Positions 40,787-50,568 of a stretch of DNA of 64,000 nt are shown piece after piece; positions within the stretch are counted from its first letter, which is position 1; each line of letters begins with the position of its first letter. Source of the DNA: Acidobacteriota bacterium (GTDB lineage: Bacteria > Acidobacteriota > UBA6911 > RPQK01 > JAJDTT01); NCBI GenBank assembly GCA_965217775.1, contig CBDCJH010000002.1, positions 4,384,001 through 4,448,000 of the forward strand, read 5' to 3'. The notes beneath the pieces are model-generated. The model searched no databases. It saw only the letters and a program-made list of their open reading frames with translations, and had not been told where the DNA came from. The position numbers were made by a program, and so were the translations under genes.

Positions 40787-41176
40787 ATGTCGGTAGAGAT
40801 ACAGATTCCTGAAGATAGCCTAACTGGCTTTAGCGTACAGGCCCGGAAGCTCTTGAAGGAAGCGACGGCCGAGTACGCCACTGATCTAATCGACGAGACC
40901 AATAGAATCGAAGCAGGTCGCAACTCAACGAGTGGACCGCCAGAGGTCACGCGCGGAATGGTTGATGATGCAAGAGTCCTGTTGCGCCGGGGACTAGGTG
41001 CACCAAGGAGAGGCTGGAGATCTAAGGTGCTGCGCGTAGTAGCAGCAGTGCTATCACTGAGCGTCGGGGTCTTGTATCCCAAGGATGAATTGCAGGATAG
41101 TGCGTATCTTCTGGTTTTCATCCTTCTAGTAGCAGCTGCGATATTGGCTGTAACTATATCGACACTCAGGGAGTAG
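40787..41176 (+). CDS. Membrane protein with putative histone-fold N-terminus and 2 TM helices
   Basis: FSVQARKLLKEATAEYATDLIDE...EVTRGMVDDA, then two hydrophobic segments. Confidence 0.55.
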   Translation: MSVEIQIPEDSLTGFSVQARKLLKEATAEYATDLIDETNRIEAGRNSTSGPPEVTRGMVDDARVLLRRGLGAPRRGWRSKVLRVVAAVLSLSVGVLYPKDELQDSAYLLVFILLVAAAILAVTISTLRE

Positions 41177-41181
41177 AAGGA

Positions 41182-41754
41182 ATGGACCGTCGAGAATATT
41201 CGGATACGCTCTACGAGCTAGGGAAACGACGACGCTCTCGCCGTAGAATCAACCTTATCTTAAGGACATATACATCGTTCGGACTATTATTGTCTATTGT
41301 CGCTGGTGGCTTTTTCTTGTTGACACTGTTGCCTTTCGACCTTTCCAATCAACAGCAGTGGTCTCTGATGGCAGCAGGAGTTGGGGTGCTACTTTCGTTG
41401 ATGTCAAGATTCCTCATTACCTTCTACAAGGAACGAGAGGCAGAAACGCTAGAGCGTATAACAGAATATGAGAGACTTGGCCACTTTCTGTCCGCATGGG
41501 CGGAATTCGAACGTGTTAGCAGGAAGATGCTGGCTGACCAAGGCGTCGATCGCAAGGTGCACTCTCTTCGTTCTATTATCTCGTTTCTATATAGGATGGA
41601 GAAGATTGATCGAGAAGATGTTTTTGTTCTTGAAGAAGGGTTAAAGATCCGCAATTCGATTGTCCACGGTGAGCGTCTGACATCGGCAAGAGTCACGGAA
41701 CGGCTGACGAACTTTCTGGGCGAGGTCATAAGGAAAATCGAGGTAGTAGCATAG
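41182..41754 (+). CDS. 2TM protein with C-terminal HEPN-like domain
   Basis: Two TM helices, FLSAWAEFE and IRNSIVHG (RxxxxH). Confidence 0.6.
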   Translation: MDRREYSDTLYELGKRRRSRRRINLILRTYTSFGLLLSIVAGGFFLLTLLPFDLSNQQQWSLMAAGVGVLLSLMSRFLITFYKEREAETLERITEYERLGHFLSAWAEFERVSRKMLADQGVDRKVHSLRSIISFLYRMEKIDREDVFVLEEGLKIRNSIVHGERLTSARVTERLTNFLGEVIRKIEVVA

Positions 41755-41810
41755 TAGCGAATCTCCTTCCAATGGAACGGACCTCGCGAAAACGTGACTG
41801 TCCCCTTTTC

Positions 41811-42057
41811 GATCGTTCGTGCGGGAATCGTGGAGCTGTCCGGCGGCCGATTGCTGGTCGTGAACTCCGACTGGCACTACCAAGAACCGGGCGAGAATCG
41901 TGTGCAGCTCTTCATCACGGATGCCTCGAAGAACATTTCGTGGACTCTTCCGGTGACCGCCTTCGACGGCTGGAAGCGGGGAGAGATCGAGCCCAAGACG
42001 GGGCTGCTGGAACATCGAGCCGGAGTGGTCCAGTTGCTGGACCCAGACATTCCCTGA
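41811..42057 (+). pseudogene. 3' duplicate fragment of 39691-40674
   Basis: VELSGGRLLVVNSDWHY...LLEHR, bracketed by palindromes at 41787 and 42097. Confidence 0.85.
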
Positions 42058-42180
42058 CCGTATTCACGGGGCTTAGTACACTGGAACGGACCTCGCGAGA
42101 ACGTGACTGCCCCCTTTTCGACTGCCCGGACGAAAGGGCCTGTGGCTTGTGATTTCTGGTTGAAGTTTCAGATCACAGCT

Positions 42181-43302
42181 TTACCGCGGCTGCAGTTCCA
42201 CGCGCCAGAGTTCGAGACACTCACCCGACTGGTAGAGAATCACGTTGGGCTCGACTTCGAATATCGTGGGATACGCCATTCTCGGAGCATAGTCGGCAAC
42301 CGTGGTGGCGAGCCAGCCCTTTCCGGTTCCATCGGCATTGATTGCCAGTTGGCATTTCCTTCTCTGATCTTCGTGTCTCCAGTCCGACTTTTTCTCCCTG
42401 CTGCGCTGAACCAACTGGCCATAGGCTAACGCCAATCGCCCGTCCCTCAGTCTCAGCAGATAGGGGTCCACCCCGGGGCCCAGGACCATGTCGGCGGGTG
42501 GGCTCCAGGTTCTTCCGCCGTCGCCGCTCCAGCTCGCCACCATGGGCGAGTAGTGTCCGGTCCGCATTACGGCCAACATCCGGCCATCGTCCAGCGGAAG
42601 CAACGCCCACTCGTTGAATCCTTCCGAATCAACCATCACCCCGGCCTGCGGGGCGGCTACGGTGGAATAGTATCGCCAGGTGTCTCCCTGATCGTCGGAG
42701 CTCACCAGGAAAGACCTCATCTTGAAGGGGGTCTCCATCTTGCTGCGAGGGTCGGTTGTCGGCAGATTGTCTTCCTCGAAGCTGCCAATCATGCAAGCCA
42801 GCAGGGTCCCATCGAGCATCTCTCGAATGCCCCGATGGAAAAAGATGGTCGAGCTGTTCTGGTCCCGGACTTCGGAGAAGTTATCGATGGGAACGGATCC
42901 CGCCTCCGGAATGATGAGGACGGTTTCTTTCTTCTCAACGGTCTTGAACCCGTCGCGGGAACGCCACATTCTCCCCACGCAGCGGCCCGCCTCGCGGCAG
43001 GTCACGTTCCAATAGAAGCCGACGAACAGTCCCTTTCTCCAGTAGAGGGAGGTCAGCTTCTCGGCGAACAGGTAAGAACCAAACGGCGGATCGGACTCAT
43101 CCACCGGCCAAAAATACCTGCCCCCATCGTTACTCTTGAGCGCCCCATAGACATAGATGGTTCCATCCGGAGCCTCGACCGCCCTGGGATGACGGCATCT
43201 TGCTGCCGTCACCTGAACGTCCAACTCTGCCGCCGCCTGAGTCATGGCCGAGGCCATGGTGACGAATGCCAACAAATGGAATCCTCTATGAACATGCATC
43301 AC
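42181..43302 (-). CDS. Secreted sialidase-family (BNR/Asp-box) protein
   Basis: Asp boxes SNDGGRYF, SRDGFKT, SDDQGDTW and SGDGGRTW. Confidence 0.8.
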   Translation of the reverse strand: MMHVHRGFHLLAFVTMASAMTQAAAELDVQVTAARCRHPRAVEAPDGTIYVYGALKSNDGGRYFWPVDESDPPFGSYLFAEKLTSLYWRKGLFVGFYWNVTCREAGRCVGRMWRSRDGFKTVEKKETVLIIPEAGSVPIDNFSEVRDQNSSTIFFHRGIREMLDGTLLACMIGSFEEDNLPTTDPRSKMETPFKMRSFLVSSDDQGDTWRYYSTVAAPQAGVMVDSEGFNEWALLPLDDGRMLAVMRTGHYSPMVASWSGDGGRTWSPPADMVLGPGVDPYLLRLRDGRLALAYGQLVQRSREKKSDWRHEDQRRKCQLAINADGTGKGWLATTVADYAPRMAYPTIFEVEPNVILYQSGECLELWRVELQPR

Positions 43303-43413
43303 TTCAATTACCTCCTAACCGGGAAAAACTGGAAAAACACTCCTTCGCCGGAGCGGCGGTTTTTCAGTCGCCGACTTTCCTTCTGGCTCCGTCGTGCTCC
43401 GGTTTGGACCGAA

Positions 43414-43440
43414 GAGGGCACCCACAAGGGGTGCCCCTAC
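43414..43440 (-). repeat. GTAG-type REP palindrome
   Basis: Reverse complement is GTAGGGGCACCCCTTGTGGGTGCCCTC. Sister copy at 55542-55568, related copy near 61192-61227. Confidence 0.75.
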
Positions 43441-43638
43441 CGACTGTTCTCTATCAATGTGCACAAGAATTCGAGATTAACCCGGATTATCCATAAGCGC
43501 CCGGGGGGCGAGAGAAGGTGGCTGTCCTCTTCTCATCAGAACGATTGCCAGTCACCTGCCGGTCATGCTCGAAAAGCCCGTTGGAGTTCAGTATTTTGGC
43601 ATTCGTCAGCGGCTCAGTCATTTTTGCGGGAGGTTAGG

Positions 43639-43839
43639 ATGAAGAAGTGGGAGTACAAAGTTCTTGACTCGAAGGATGTCCCTCGTGCGGGAATCCTCAA
43701 GGGCAGGGACCGATCAGGCGTCGAAAAGTATCTCAACAGCCTTGGCAGAAAAGGCTGGGACCTGGTCAATATTGACTTCCGGGAATTGGAGGGCCGCTTC
43801 GAGTTCACGGCCGTGGCCAAGCGAGAGAAAACCTGGTAA
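43639..43839 (+). CDS. DUF4177 protein
   Basis: MKKWEYKV...LNSLGRKGWDLV...AKRE, bracketed by palindromes at 43512 and 43889. Confidence 0.8.
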   Translation: MKKWEYKVLDSKDVPRAGILKGRDRSGVEKYLNSLGRKGWDLVNIDFRELEGRFEFTAVAKREKTW

Positions 43840-44047
43840 CCATGGACTAAGCCTGAATGAGCTTGCGCGGGTGAGAACGAGGGCGGGTGAAAACGTGAGT
43901 GTCCCCTTCCAGGCCGTCTTCCCGTCGCTCACTGCATCGCTTGGCGTACTTGCGTTCCCGTCGTGATGCGGCACATCGGCTGTGGAACGACCTGCCTCTC
44001 CAGCAGTGCAGGCGGCCATAATCTCCGGAACTGCCACTGCGGCGCGA

Positions 44048-46427
44048 TGTGGCACAGGAGGATCATCCTGTTACGACCGAAGTTCCTGGTGGTGGGATCG
44101 GTTTTCCTGTTGTCGAGTTTTGTGCGGCAGGCGCCTGCCGGCCAGACGGACGTCACCGGTGTGGTCGATCCGGCTCTCATCGATGGTCCGGCTGCTCCCG
44201 TTCCGCCGGCGGTGATGACCCGCAACGGGCAGGGTCAGGCGACGGTTCGGGCGGTGAGGCTGGATGAGAGTATCGACTTCGACGGAGTGCTGGACGAGGC
44301 CATCTACGGGACTGTTCCCGCCATCAGCGGTTTCATTCAACTGACGCCGGATGTGGGAGCGGCGGCGACCGAGCGGACTGAGGCGTGGATCCTGTTCGAC
44401 GAGACGAACGTCTACGTCTCGGCGCGGCTCTGGGACTCGGCGCCCGAGAGCCAGTGGGTGGCCAACGAGATGCGCCGCGACACCACCCAGCTCCGTCAGA
44501 ACGACACGTTCGCCGTGCTGTTCGATACGTTTTACGACCGCCGCAACGGAGTCCTCTTCTACACGAATCCACTCGGAGCCCGCGCAGACGCGCAGTTCAC
44601 GAACGAGGGCAATCCGAACTCGGACTGGAACCCGGTCTGGGACGTGCGTACCGGCCGTTTCGACGGCGGCTGGACGGTGGAGATGGAGATCCCGTTCAAG
44701 ACCCTGCGCTACCGCTCGGAGCCGCCTCATATCTGGGGCATTCAGCTCCGCCGCGCCATCCGGCGCAAGAACGAATGGGCCTATCTGACGCGGTTGCCCG
44801 TCGCGTCCGGATCGGCGGCGGTGCTCGCGGGATCTTCCGCGTCTCGCAAGCCGGCTCGCTGGTTGGCATTGAGCCTCCATCGGCGGGCCGCAACCTCGAG
44901 CTCAAGCCATATGCCATCGGCGGCTTGACCACGGACATGGCGGCGACCCCGGTGAAGATCAACGAGGGTAGCGCCGACGGCGGCATCGACATCAAGTACG
45001 GCATCACGCAGAACCTGACCGCGGACTTCACCTGGAACACCGACTTCGCCCAGGTCGAGGTGGACGAGCGGCAGGTGAACCTGACCCGCTTCCCGCTGTT
45101 CTTTCCGGAGAAGCGGGAGTTCTTTCTCGAAGGGCGGGGCATCTTCGGCTTCGCCACCGGCGGCTTCACGCGCGCCGCCAGTGTGGCCCGTAATCCGGTC
45201 GCCGGGTTCTTCGGCGACGTGAACGTGCCGCAGCTCTTCTACAGCCGGAAGATCGGGCTGGAGGAGGGCCGCGTGGTGCCGATCGTCGGCGGAGCGCGGG
45301 TCACCGGCAAGGTTGGAAGGTTCGATGTCGGGCTGCTGAACATCCATGCCGGCGAGGAGACGGTCTCGGACTCCAAGCCGACCAATTTCTCGGTCGTCCG
45401 CCTCCGGCGCGACATCCTGAGGCGCAGCTCCGTCGGCGCCATGTTCACCAACCGCTCGGTCTCCCGCGTGGCCCCGGGCTCGAGCCAGGCCTACGGCATC
45501 GACGGCACCTTCGCCTTCTTCGAAAACCTCAACCTGACGACCTACATTGCCCGGACCCAGCTTCCCGGTCCCGAGCACCAGGGCAAGGACCTGAGCTACC
45601 AGGGCAAATTCGAGTACGCGGCGGACCGCTACGGATTCCAGGCGGATCACCTCGTGGTGGAAGACAACTTCCTGCCGGAGGTGGGCTTCCTGCGGCGCGA
45701 CAACTTCAGGCGCACCTTCACGTCGGCACGATTCAGCCCCCGGCCGCAGTCGATCAAGAGCGTCCGGCAGTTCACCCTGGAGGGCAGCATCGATTACATC
45801 CAGACGGCCGACGAGAATCACCTGGAGACGCGCCAGAACATCGTGGCGTTCGAGACCGAGTTCGAGTCCAGCGACCGGCTGACTCTGACGGCGACCGACA
45901 GCTACGAGTTGCTGATCCAGCCGTTCGTTCCTCCCGGTTCCGAATTCTCGATCCCGGCGGGAGGCTACAGCTTCGCCGACGTTCACGTCGCGTACTCCAT
46001 GGCACAGCAACGCCGCATCAACGGGACGATGGCGGTGAGACGGGGCGCCTACTTCGGCGGGGACCTGACGACGTTGGAACTCACGCAGGGCCGCATCGCG
46101 GTGCTGCCGCAGATGTCGGTGGAGCCGACGGTCTCGTTCAACTGGATCGACACGCCATACGGGGCGTTCCAGACGAACCTGGCGGTGGCGCGGGTCAACT
46201 ACGCGTTCAACCCCCGCATGTTCTTCAGTGGGCTCATCCAGTACAACTCAGCCAGCAGCTCTTTCAGCAGCAACCTGCGCCTGCGGTGGGAGTACAGCCC
46301 GGGCAGCGAGCTTTTCGTGGTCTACACCGACGACCGCGACGTCACCGGCGGCTTGCGGCCCGACCGGGGCTGGGATCTGCGGAACCGCGGCTTTGTCGTC
46401 AAGTTCAACAAGTTGTTACGGTTCTGA
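44048..46427 (+). pseudogene. CBM9-like plus DUF5916 outer-membrane protein, frameshifted near 44800
   Basis: N-terminal half in ORF 43963-44928 (WTVEMEIPFKTLRY), C-terminal half in ORF 44385-46427 (NTDFAQVEVD, FFPEKREFFLEG). Confidence 0.75.
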
Positions 46428-46603
46428 CGTCGACAGCGCCCTGGCTTGACCAGAGTCTCCCCGGAGGAAGGAAAAAAAGAGTGCTGAATCTTCAACGCGC
46501 CAAGAATATAAACTGAGGTTGTCATCATGAAGATCACTCGAATTCGCGCAACTGATTTCATCCAGCAAAGAATGGCCGGCTCGTTCCATCAACCGAGTCC
46601 GTC

Positions 46604-48271
46604 ATGAACGCCAAACCATCGTCGCGCAAACAGCACGAAACGAATGACCCGGTCGATCTGTACGCGCGCGATGCGCATACGTTTCGTGAACCACCGCAAG
46701 GCATCCGGATGACGCTACGGCACTTGGGACCCGGACTGATCCTGGTCGGCTCAATCGTCGGTTCCGGCGAGTTGATCATGACGACCAAGCTCGGCGCACA
46801 AGGTGGTTTTGCACTCTTGTGGTTTGTGTTGCTCTCATGCGTCATCAAGACCGTTGTCCAAGCCGAACTGGGACGCCATGTGATTTCCAGCGGCGAGACG
46901 ATTTTGGTGATGTTCAACAAGCTGCCCGGACCACGCGGACGGCGGCCGAGTTGGCTTTGTCTGGAGTGGTTACTGATTGTCGTGGTCAGCACATACCTCG
47001 GCCTGGGCCTCTGGTCGTGGAATCTGGCTGCGGGTATCGGTGCGGGCGGATTGGCCGCGAGCGTGCTGTCCATTTGGATTGTGGCTGCGTTGTTGCTCGC
47101 GATGCGAAGTCGGCAACGCGAGATGGTGCAAGCGTCAGATGCTCAAAGCCGACCGATGTTGGGGTGGTTCCTGTGGCTGTACCTTGCTTGCCAATTGGTC
47201 ATGTTTATCAGCGTCGGCGCGGTGATGGGCGGGGCAGGCCAGGCACTGGCACTGGGCTTTGAAAACGTCCTGGGAACAACCGACGCCAAGCTGTGGACTG
47301 CCGGCATCGCCGTTGTTTGCGGGGCACTGTTGCTCGTGGGTCGTTACAAGATGCTTGAACGAGTATCGCTGGTAATGGTTCTTGTTTTCACATTGATCAC
47401 GATTCTCTGCACGGCGCTGCTTTACTGGACGGACAACGCCATTACGTTCGAGCAAATTCGCCACGGATTACAGTTTTCGTTTCCCGAGTTTCTGGCAATA
47501 GACGTGACGCTGACGATGATCGTGTTAACCGCACTGGGCATGTACGCGGCGACGGGGATCGGCACTTGGGAGATGATGCACTACACGTACTGGTGCGTCG
47601 AGAAAGGCTACGCGCGACACACCGGCGCGAATCAACCTGGCGATCAGTGGACGCAGCGGGCTCGCGGGTGGATACGCGTCATGTATACCGACGTGCTGCT
47701 GACCATGGCCGTGTTCACGATCAGCACCGTTTGTTTTTACTTACTCGGTGCAGCGATTTTGTATCCTGAGCGCGACCCGGCGGGTAAAGAAACACTCGGT
47801 GTACTGCAAAACATTTTCACGGAGTCGCTGGGCCCGTGGGCGGCCACGCTCTTCGTGGTCGGTGGGTTCGTGGTGCTGTTCTCGACGACCTATTCCGGCA
47901 CGGCTGGGAGTTCACGATTGGTGGCCGATGCCCTGTGCGTGATGGGAGTGATTGACGCGCGCGATTACGGAGCACGTCTGCGCTTCACGCGCTTCTACAT
48001 CGTTTTCGGCCTCACGATGGGAACGGTGACGTATTGCTTGCTGCAAAACCCTCCGCTGATGTTGATCATTTCGGGATTTGTGGCAGTCGTGCTATATCCC
48101 GTGTTTGGTCTGGGAACGGTTTATTTGAGGTACCGTGGCGTGGACGAGCGAATCCGTCCCGGATCATTCACCACCTCGTGGCTGTGGATTTGCGGATTGG
48201 CCTTGGCCGTCATCTCACCGGCAGCAGGGTTACTTGTGCTGGCGTTGAATCAAGGCTGGTTTGAGTTTTGA
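46604..48271 (+). CDS. Nramp-family transporter
   Basis: LGPGLILVGSIVGSGELIMTT, multiple TM helices. Confidence 0.8.
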   Translation: MNAKPSSRKQHETNDPVDLYARDAHTFREPPQGIRMTLRHLGPGLILVGSIVGSGELIMTTKLGAQGGFALLWFVLLSCVIKTVVQAELGRHVISSGETILVMFNKLPGPRGRRPSWLCLEWLLIVVVSTYLGLGLWSWNLAAGIGAGGLAASVLSIWIVAALLLAMRSRQREMVQASDAQSRPMLGWFLWLYLACQLVMFISVGAVMGGAGQALALGFENVLGTTDAKLWTAGIAVVCGALLLVGRYKMLERVSLVMVLVFTLITILCTALLYWTDNAITFEQIRHGLQFSFPEFLAIDVTLTMIVLTALGMYAATGIGTWEMMHYTYWCVEKGYARHTGANQPGDQWTQRARGWIRVMYTDVLLTMAVFTISTVCFYLLGAAILYPERDPAGKETLGVLQNIFTESLGPWAATLFVVGGFVVLFSTTYSGTAGSSRLVADALCVMGVIDARDYGARLRFTRFYIVFGLTMGTVTYCLLQNPPLMLIISGFVAVVLYPVFGLGTVYLRYRGVDERIRPGSFTTSWLWICGLALAVISPAAGLLVLALNQGWFEF

Positions 48272-48475
48272 TCGGCAGCATGCCGGAGCTCGGAATCGGC
48301 ACCGTAGCGCAAATACACCTGGGGGTCGCCATGCCGAATCTCGATTTCGACAGCGACACGTGCGGGCTCGCTCTACCACCAGAGTGAGGTGATCGCCGCT
48401 CTGCTGCACATTGAGAAGAAAAACCGACTGTCCCCTACTCCGGCAGTCCAGCCGCCCGCACCGCGTTGGCGAGCT

Positions 48476-48583
48476 ATCCCTGACCGCGGAATCTTCAGGG
48501 GCAAGGACCGATCAGACGTCGAAGAGTATCTCAACAGCCTTGGCCAAAATGGCTGGGAAATTGTCAACGTTGACTTCCGGTGA
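48476..48583 (+). pseudogene. DUF4177 fragment
   Basis: GIFRGKDRSDVEEYLNSLGQNGWEIVNVDFR, a paralogue of 43639-43839. Confidence 0.7.
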
Positions 48584-48613
48584 TCGATCACAGACGGATG
48601 GATCGCGGCTGAC

Positions 48614-48877
48614 CTAGGCTTCGACCTTCTCGGACAACCAGACTTTCATCAGCGACTGGTAGGGAACATCTCGTTTATGGGCCGCGATCTTGATCTGTTC
48701 AAGTAGAGCGACCGGCAACCTGAGGGAAATTGTCTGCGTAGACGGTTTGAGATTAGCCAAACGAATACGTTCAGCCTGGCTCCAATCGACATAGCCGCTG
48801 GAGTCGTGACTCTCCCAGAAGGCCCGCTCCTGCGCTTCGTTTTTGAACGCGGGAATGGGCCTACGTTTCTTTTTCAT
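48614..48877 (-). CDS. brnA: BrnA/CopG-family antitoxin
   Basis: IPAFKNEAQERAFWESHD...ISLRLP...VPYQSL. Confidence 0.85.
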   Translation of the reverse strand: MKKKRRPIPAFKNEAQERAFWESHDSSGYVDWSQAERIRLANLKPSTQTISLRLPVALLEQIKIAAHKRDVPYQSLMKVWLSEKVEA

Positions 48878-49163
48878 AACGGGATCGCTCCTTGCTATGC
48901 ATGCCCCGTGCGGAGATCACGCGGATCTTGGTGCTTTCCCCGCGGAGTGTGAACGTTACATGTAGTTGGCGCCCCGAGTTGGTGACGCCGAGCGCATGAA
49001 ACCGAGGCTCGAGTCGGCTGTGCTTGACATCCTCGACAACTAGAAGCGGTTCGTTGAAAAATACTTGCTCCGCTTCGGCTTGGCTGACACTGTGCTTGTC
49101 GAAGCTTTTCCGTGCGTTGCCCTCGTCCCACTGAAAGCCAACAACCCGTGTGAAGTCAGCCAC
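48861..49163 (-). CDS. brnT: BrnT-family toxin
   Basis: FQWDEGNARKS..KH...IRVISAR. Confidence 0.85.
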   Translation of the reverse strand: MADFTRVVGFQWDEGNARKSFDKHSVSQAEAEQVFFNEPLLVVEDVKHSRLEPRFHALGVTNSGRQLHVTFTLRGESTKIRVISARGMHSKERSRYEKET

Positions 49164-49189
49164 GCTTTGTATATTACCAAAATATACAC

Positions 49190-49745
49190 ACACGCGGCGC
49201 ACGGTGAGCGCCTTGTAGTAGCCGCGGAACTGGCAGTGGTGGGTTCTGGCGGCGGCGTGGGCGCATTCGATGAGGACTTCACGCAGGGTGAGGTTGCCCC
49301 GGCGGGTGCGGCCGTGACGGCGTTTGCCGGCGCTCTGGTTGTTACCCGGACACAGGCCGGCCCAGGCGGCACAATGGCGACGGGAAGCGAACACGCCGAT
49401 GTCGGGGTCGAGTTCGACGAGGATAGCGCTGGCACGGTCGATTCCGGGGATGGTCATCCGCAGATGGATCCGGTCGCGGAACTCAGCAAGTCCGTCCGCG
49501 AGACGCCGGTCGTAGTGGGCGAGGCGCGCGTTGGCGTCGTGGAACGCCCGTAATTGGTCGCGCAGGAGGAAGCGACCGTTCGCATCCAAGTCCGTGGACA
49601 GGGCGTCGCACAGGGATTCCAGATGGCCGCGGACATGGTGCGAGAGGGACGCGAGCAGGTCCACCTTGGATTTGCCTGCGAGCAGACCGTCGAGTAGGCG
49701 CAGGCCGTTGACACCGAACAGGTCCGAAGTGAAGCGGAAGCGGCG
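49190..49745 (-). mobile_element. IS110-family transposase remnant
   Basis: TIPGID...AAWAGLCPGNNQSAGK...LIECAHAAAR. Truncated. Confidence 0.75.
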
Positions 49746-50022
49746 ACCTTCGGACAGCTGCTACCCATCCCGGGGGGATGCCGTACGTTTTGCTGTGCGT
49801 CCACGGTCGAAACGGGAACAAGGCGGGGCGCAGGGACGGTCGAATGCCGTGATGACTTTTGCCACGGGCTGTTAAAGCGTCCACTTGGCCGCTTCCGATA
49901 TTCCCCCAACCGGCAACCAGGAGCAACCGTGGCGCCCGGACGCGCTCCTCGTCATTTACATGTTGGACGGGGAGTGCGTGCCGCGCCGATCATGCGCGTT
50001 TTAGACATCTTTGGAGGAAGAA

Positions 50023-50378
50023 TGGTGGAGGCGGTGGGAATCGAACCCACGTCCGGAAGCCTTCGGCCGCAAACTCTACATGCTTATCCAGTTTCCCGAT
50101 TCAACCCAACTGGCATGGAAACTGGAAAAGCCGCCAGCCGGATCGTCCCTCATCAGTGTCTCGGTTCCCCGCCGAGGGAGGGGCGAGGCCCCGACAAGCC
50201 CGCTGAAATGACGCCCCGAACCTCCCTGCGGGCCTGAAGGCCGGAACGACCGCGTTAATTACGCGGCGAGTGCGAACTCATCGTTGGCACTTGTTGTTTT
50301 TGCCACGGATTTACGAGGTGGTGGCACCTCGACATGCATCTACGACCTCAACTACTCCCGTCGAATCCAGTCGCCCCC
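50023..50378 (-). ncRNA. ssrA: tmRNA
   Basis: 5' GGGGGCGACTGGATTCGAC, 3' GGTTCGATTCCCACCGCCTCCACCA, tag ORF ANDEFALAA*. Confidence 0.95.
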
Positions 50379-50568
50379 TTTCCTTGTTCTTATCCTATCA
50401 AGACGGCGGTTTACCGTGTCCGGTTGCAAAAAAGAATGACTGTCCCGGCGCATTGCGTATTTCACTCGGGTCTTCGTACGCCGGAATCCGCGGGTGAATG
50501 CTCGCTATGGATCGGGTCGGGATTTCGTAGCGGACCGGCGGCGGCCTCCAGGCTGCTATCATCGTCCC

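Larger units (their letters stand above)
61..48440 (+). repeat. Dispersed ~21-bp imperfect palindrome GAAGGTGACTGTCCCCTTYTC (~30 copies) at module junctions
   Basis: Forward copies start near 61, 147, 663, 3736, 6127, 6889, 7328, 9835, 9942, 10402, 11281, 15062, 21334, 22148, 22502, 28026, 33709, 35580, 36794, 38404, 39391, 39606, 40714, 41787, 42097, 43512, 43889 and 48419. Degenerate copies are near 19780 and 38500, inverted copies at 12234 and 35664, and a half copy near 50432. None seen in 50.5-64 kb. Confidence 0.9.

Noticed and set aside
147-43910. Palindrome as a rho-independent terminator or transcription-factor operator
   Set aside because: Its orientation is independent of gene direction and it lies at mid-gene truncation points. 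A protein-binding role is not fully excluded.
2452-46427. Programmed frameshifts near 3482 and 44800
   Set aside because: No slippery sequence was seen. Decay or sequencing error is more likely.
61-48440. CRISPR array or classical integron as the explanation for the repeats
   Set aside because: Spacing is highly variable (about 0.1-6 kb), no cas or intI gene is present, and the repeats lack attC core motifs.
48861-49664. IS110-BrnT fusion protein
   Set aside because: BrnT has its own GTG start at 49163. The in-frame join with a decayed IS110 looks incidental.
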